Shown here: positions 60,190 to 64,000 of the stretch, piece by piece
Numbering within the stretch: position 1 is the first letter of the stretch
Layout of the letters: each line of letters begins with the position of its first letter
Assembly: GCA_964036045.1 (NCBI GenBank)
Contig: OZ038378.1
Span: forward strand, 168,888,001-168,952,000
Origin: Eutreptiella sp. 'Long Island Sound 2002'
Lineage: Eukaryota > Protista > Euglenida
Length of the DNA stretch: 64,000 nt
Direction: 5' to 3'
The notes under the pieces: model-generated
The model's input: only the letters and a program-made list of their open reading frames with translations
Database searches by the model: none
Told to the model about the DNA's origin: nothing
Translations under genes and position numbers: made by a program

Positions 60190-61370
60190 CAACAATACAC
60201 CCACCCACACACACACCCACACCCACACCCACACCCACACCCACACCCACACCCACACCCACACCCACACCCACACCCACCCACACCCACACTCACACGC
60301 ACGCACACACGAATTGCAAACAAACAGACGGGCAGCACAACGCCAAGTCCGGATGTCAATTCCTCGTCAGCTGGTCATCAAACAAGACAAAGCATGTTCA
60401 ACGCCAGTAGGCGCCTTTCTGCGCGGACAGGCGCGCAGCAGTGATCTTGTCCTAAGAGGAAAGAAGGACGGTGCTGCCCTATGGCAGTACCGGCCTGAGG
60501 TCACAATGACATCACCAGGGTATCACCCAACTTTTCAGTTCCTCACGGAGCAGGGTTGGCATGCACCATGCGACGTATACGTGCTGATTCTCGCTCCCAG
60601 GGGCCAGATCTCGCTAACCCTTCCCCTTCCCTTCCACACACACACACACACACAATTGACGTAACAAACGGGCAACAGCCAACACAGCAGGCAGCAATCT
60701 AGGAGGCCGGCTTGCACTGATTCTCGTCAGGCACAGTCACAAGAAAAGCAGAGGCATTGTTTGACCGCACTAGGCGCCTTTCTGTGGTACAAGGCGCAGA
60801 GGGATGAAGAACAGGTCCAGCCCACAAAGAGCACCACTGCCAGGTGCGCTGGGTCAGGGGCCTGCAGGACAGAGAGCAGGGGGTTAGCCCTTGGTTAGGC
60901 AGCAGGATCCTACCCTTCCCCAGCACGATGCACCATTCAGGAAAATTGACAGGCAATGCTTTCTATGAACTTCAGGCCCCGGGGCAGAACCATCTCCACT
61001 ACCTGTAACTCCTGTAACACACACACACACACGCGCGCGCGCACACACCCACACACGCACACACACGCAGTGCACGCACACGCACCCACGCGCACACGCA
61101 CACCCACACGCACATGCACACCCACACCCACCCACACGGTTGCAAACAAACAGACGAGCTCAACGCCAGGTCCGAATATCAATATCCTCGTCAGTTGGAC
61201 AGTCAAACAAGACAAAGCATGTTCAATGCCAAGAAGCGCCTTTCTGTAGGGACAGGCGCACAGGACTGATTCACCCACCTCAAAGGAAGGGGTGCTTGGT
61301 ACTGCCCTGTGGCAAGACCCACACCAACACCCACACCCACACCCACACCCACACCCACATACCCGACTAG
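60190..61370 (+). repeat. Microsatellite-spaced A/B module array (A-B-A)
   Basis: (CACACC)n at 60196-60310, module A at about 60367, (CA)n at about 60636, module B at about 60727, CA-rich run at 61018-61137, module A at about 61191, (CACACC)n at about 61320. Same modules as 45850 and 46427. Confidence 0.8.
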
Positions 61371-62479
61371 CATACGTCCCTGAAGATGTTACAGACTCCA
61401 TGTCCAATCTGCGCTGGCTGGCGCTTTCCACTCGGGGCGCAACCGCTGCGTGTTCAACTTGGGAGCTCTGCGGGGGGGCTGTGCCAGACCTGCGTGCCGC
61501 GCCCGCACCCACACCGTTCTGGGCGCTGTACCCGCCGCGCATCGGCGGGTCTTGGCGCTTGAATGATAATGGCTGCAGGACGAGCGAGACATGCATCGTG
61601 GCCCTCATGACTAGCACCCCCCCCACCCACGCCCCTGGACGTCCCCAGGGCCCTGGACAGTCACCCGTTTATTCTTCACTGCACGATGAAGTGTCTATCT
61701 TCTTCTGAAGGTCCGCTAAGCGGCTGTCTTGACCCCATTATTTCTGTTTCTCCACGGCGGCGGGTTGTGGTCAAGACATTCAGGATCCATACAGCATTAG
61801 CCTTCGCTCAGCCCCCCAACCGTGGTGTGGCACCCATGCAGCAGGCCCCCGGTGGCGGTTGCGGCGGTCACCCCCGCCGGTTCGCTTAAGCGAAGTCTCG
61901 CACTCACCACTGGGGTCCGCTAAGCCCTATCAGGAGGACCCCCCGCAGGTCGACTCAATGATCACAGCGATGCCTGGCTCCTGGGCACAGGTGGGAACCA
62001 TCCCCAATACCGCTGCGGGCTTTTGTGCGAGTGCCTGGTGGACCAGGCTGCATCCCCGTGCCTTTGTTTCTTTCCTTTTCTTTCTTTCCTTTCTATCCCT
62101 TTCTTGGTTGCGGTATGGGAGCGCAGAGCAGAGCGGGGCAGCCGACCCCAGAGACCGCCAGGCCCGAGACCTCTTTCCCACTGATCCCCCCCCCTAATGC
62201 CCCCCCACAAGGCCCTGGCCACAAGCGTGTTGGTGAGCAAAATGGTGCGTTGTGTATGACAAGATATTGGCGCAGGGGTTCAGTGGAAATCATTCAGTAC
62301 CCTACACCCACACAGGGCAACTGAAGAACTCCGGTGTTTCTTTGCATCTGACTTTTCCGAGGGCTGTCTGGAATAAACAACGTAGCGTGCCACAAGGGCA
62401 GTCCCAGTGGATGGGAAATTCGAATACGAGCCCTCCTGGAGGACTCTCTCACGCTGGTAGCACTGTGATCTAGGCCGTT

Positions 62480-64000
62480 TCGGGGCACTTCAGCACCGGT
62501 GGGGACATTAAGACCGCGCGTTTTGTTTGCAAAAGGAGGCAAAACAGCGAAATACATTCTTCGGAGGATTTTGTGGAGAAAGGTGCATGCGTATGCACGG
62601 AGGCAGCGGCCCCCAAATCGAGAAGCCACGTGGATGGGATTGGCAATGAACACTTTTTATGGTGCCGATGTTGTGCGAGTGGCAAATGGGTCCCTGGCTA
62701 TCAAACTGCAAAAGAATATCGTAAACAATGGGAAACGTGGAGGTGATCAATCATCAGCCACGCGAACCCTCACTGTGAAGAACAGGTGAGGGACATTGTG
62801 GAGTACGGATAGTTCAACCAACCCTGCTATCTGCGCCGTTCTGGAGGCCTCCTTCTAGGGACTGGCGAAAGGGTGCGTCACAGAAGTGTCCAGTTTGACC
62901 CTGAGGCACTAAATACGGTTGTGTTTCGGGAGTTCAAGCCGCTGTGAACAAATCTGTAGCATCTTCTGGAGCACCTTTTGTCAAATCTATGAATGTGCCC
63001 AGACTTGTAGACTTAAGACTTCCAAAAAACAGTGAAATACTGGTGCATGCGCCATGCTCTGCTGCATGACTTCCGTTGCAAATGTAAGGAGCAAGCTGTC
63101 CGCATACAAACATTTACACAAATCAACAGCGCATTCCGTACAGGAAAAATGACCATTGATGCACAAAAGGAAAGGAGTGGAGAAAAAGGATGCCTTGGTC
63201 TCGGCTGCTGCGAGAGCTACGTCTTTGACCACCGCATTGCCTATAAGAATGCAAATTTTTGGGGTGGGTCGGTATTCCACCGTTGCTGGGCCTGCCCATC
63301 CCGTTCAATACCTCAATTGAGGTGACCAACCCCTGCACTATGGGCTTTCTCCAAAAATTCTTTTCAATTTTAAAAAAAATCCGACCGCATTTGCCCTCGC
63401 TAATTATTGCAGGCCGTTGCTTTGGGCACCTCCATTCAAATTGCCCGAAGGGCGTAAGTGTTCGTCAGGGTGCATCTTGCCGTTCCATTCCCGTTTCGGT
63501 CCATGAGACGGCGGCTTGCCATCAGAAGTAACGCCCCCCCGCCCCCCCCCCCCCACTTACTCCGCCTTTTTGGCAACCCCCGCCCAGGGGGTACGTTGAA
63601 CATGGGTTCCCTGCTTAACCACATGGCTCCCAGCCATGGTCTTGAGTCCCGGCTCTCCTGGACTCCGGCAAAGAATGACCTTTCACCCTTGAAAGAGCCC
63701 ACGACATGAACACCTGTTTACTGAGGTCAAATGCATTCCACATCAATAAATTGAATTCTTTGTTGTCAGGAACGCTCACGGAATAATTGCACCAGAAATC
63801 AAGGAACATCTCTTTCTCTGGAACATGGAGGTGCAAAATGCACTAAGCTCCGGTTGGGGTTTGAATATCACTGGACGCAGTTCCCAACAAAACTGCAGGC
63901 TGTGGCGACAGCAGAGGGAGAAGTGTACCCTCGGAGATACCCTCGTCATTAACTCAGCAGAGGGCAAAATGCATCCTGGCTGGTGGGAGGTTTGGAGGCA
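62480..64000 (+). pseudogene. Decayed Cys/His-rich ORF, possible DNA transposon relic
   Basis: Protein-like fragments separated by stops: MGTLRPRVLFAKGG...; VKYWCMRHALLHDFRCKC...GLGCCESYVFDHRIAYKNANFWGGSVFHRCW. Confidence 0.25.

Noticed and set aside
60190-61370. CRISPR-like repeat-spacer array
   Set aside because: The 'spacers' are microsatellites, the repeats are heterogeneous, the context is eukaryotic and no cas genes are present.

Overview
Eukaryotic, repeat-rich DNA, most likely from a photosynthetic euglenid (Eutreptiella/Euglena-like). This is inferred from a two-hydrophobic-domain plastid-targeting presequence and from pyrimidine-tract/AG sites just upstream of start codons, which resemble SL trans-splice acceptors. 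Two real genes are supported, both on the minus strand. (1) An intronless 983-aa Integrator subunit 6 (INTS6) at 5997-8948. (2) A six-exon gene not visible in the ORF track, spanning 54113 to 12406 (about 42 kb), encoding a roughly 577-aa plastid-targeted SnoaL/NTF2-like domain fused to a multi-pass membrane domain. It is split by GT-AG introns, the last of which is about 32.5 kb (12862-45408). The rest of the window is nested decayed mobile DNA and repeats: a LINE RT fragment, two copies of a second LINE-like relic that differ by a 235-bp inversion, a 1.8-1.9 kb tandem array, an unknown ORF family in four fragments, possible KDZ- and MULE-type transposase relics, satellites and microsatellites. 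Two tRNA-derived elements are also present, one a spacer-less palindrome of two convergent tRNA-like Pol III units. No rRNA, intact tRNA or CRISPR array was seen. All homology calls are from recalled motifs; no database search was run.
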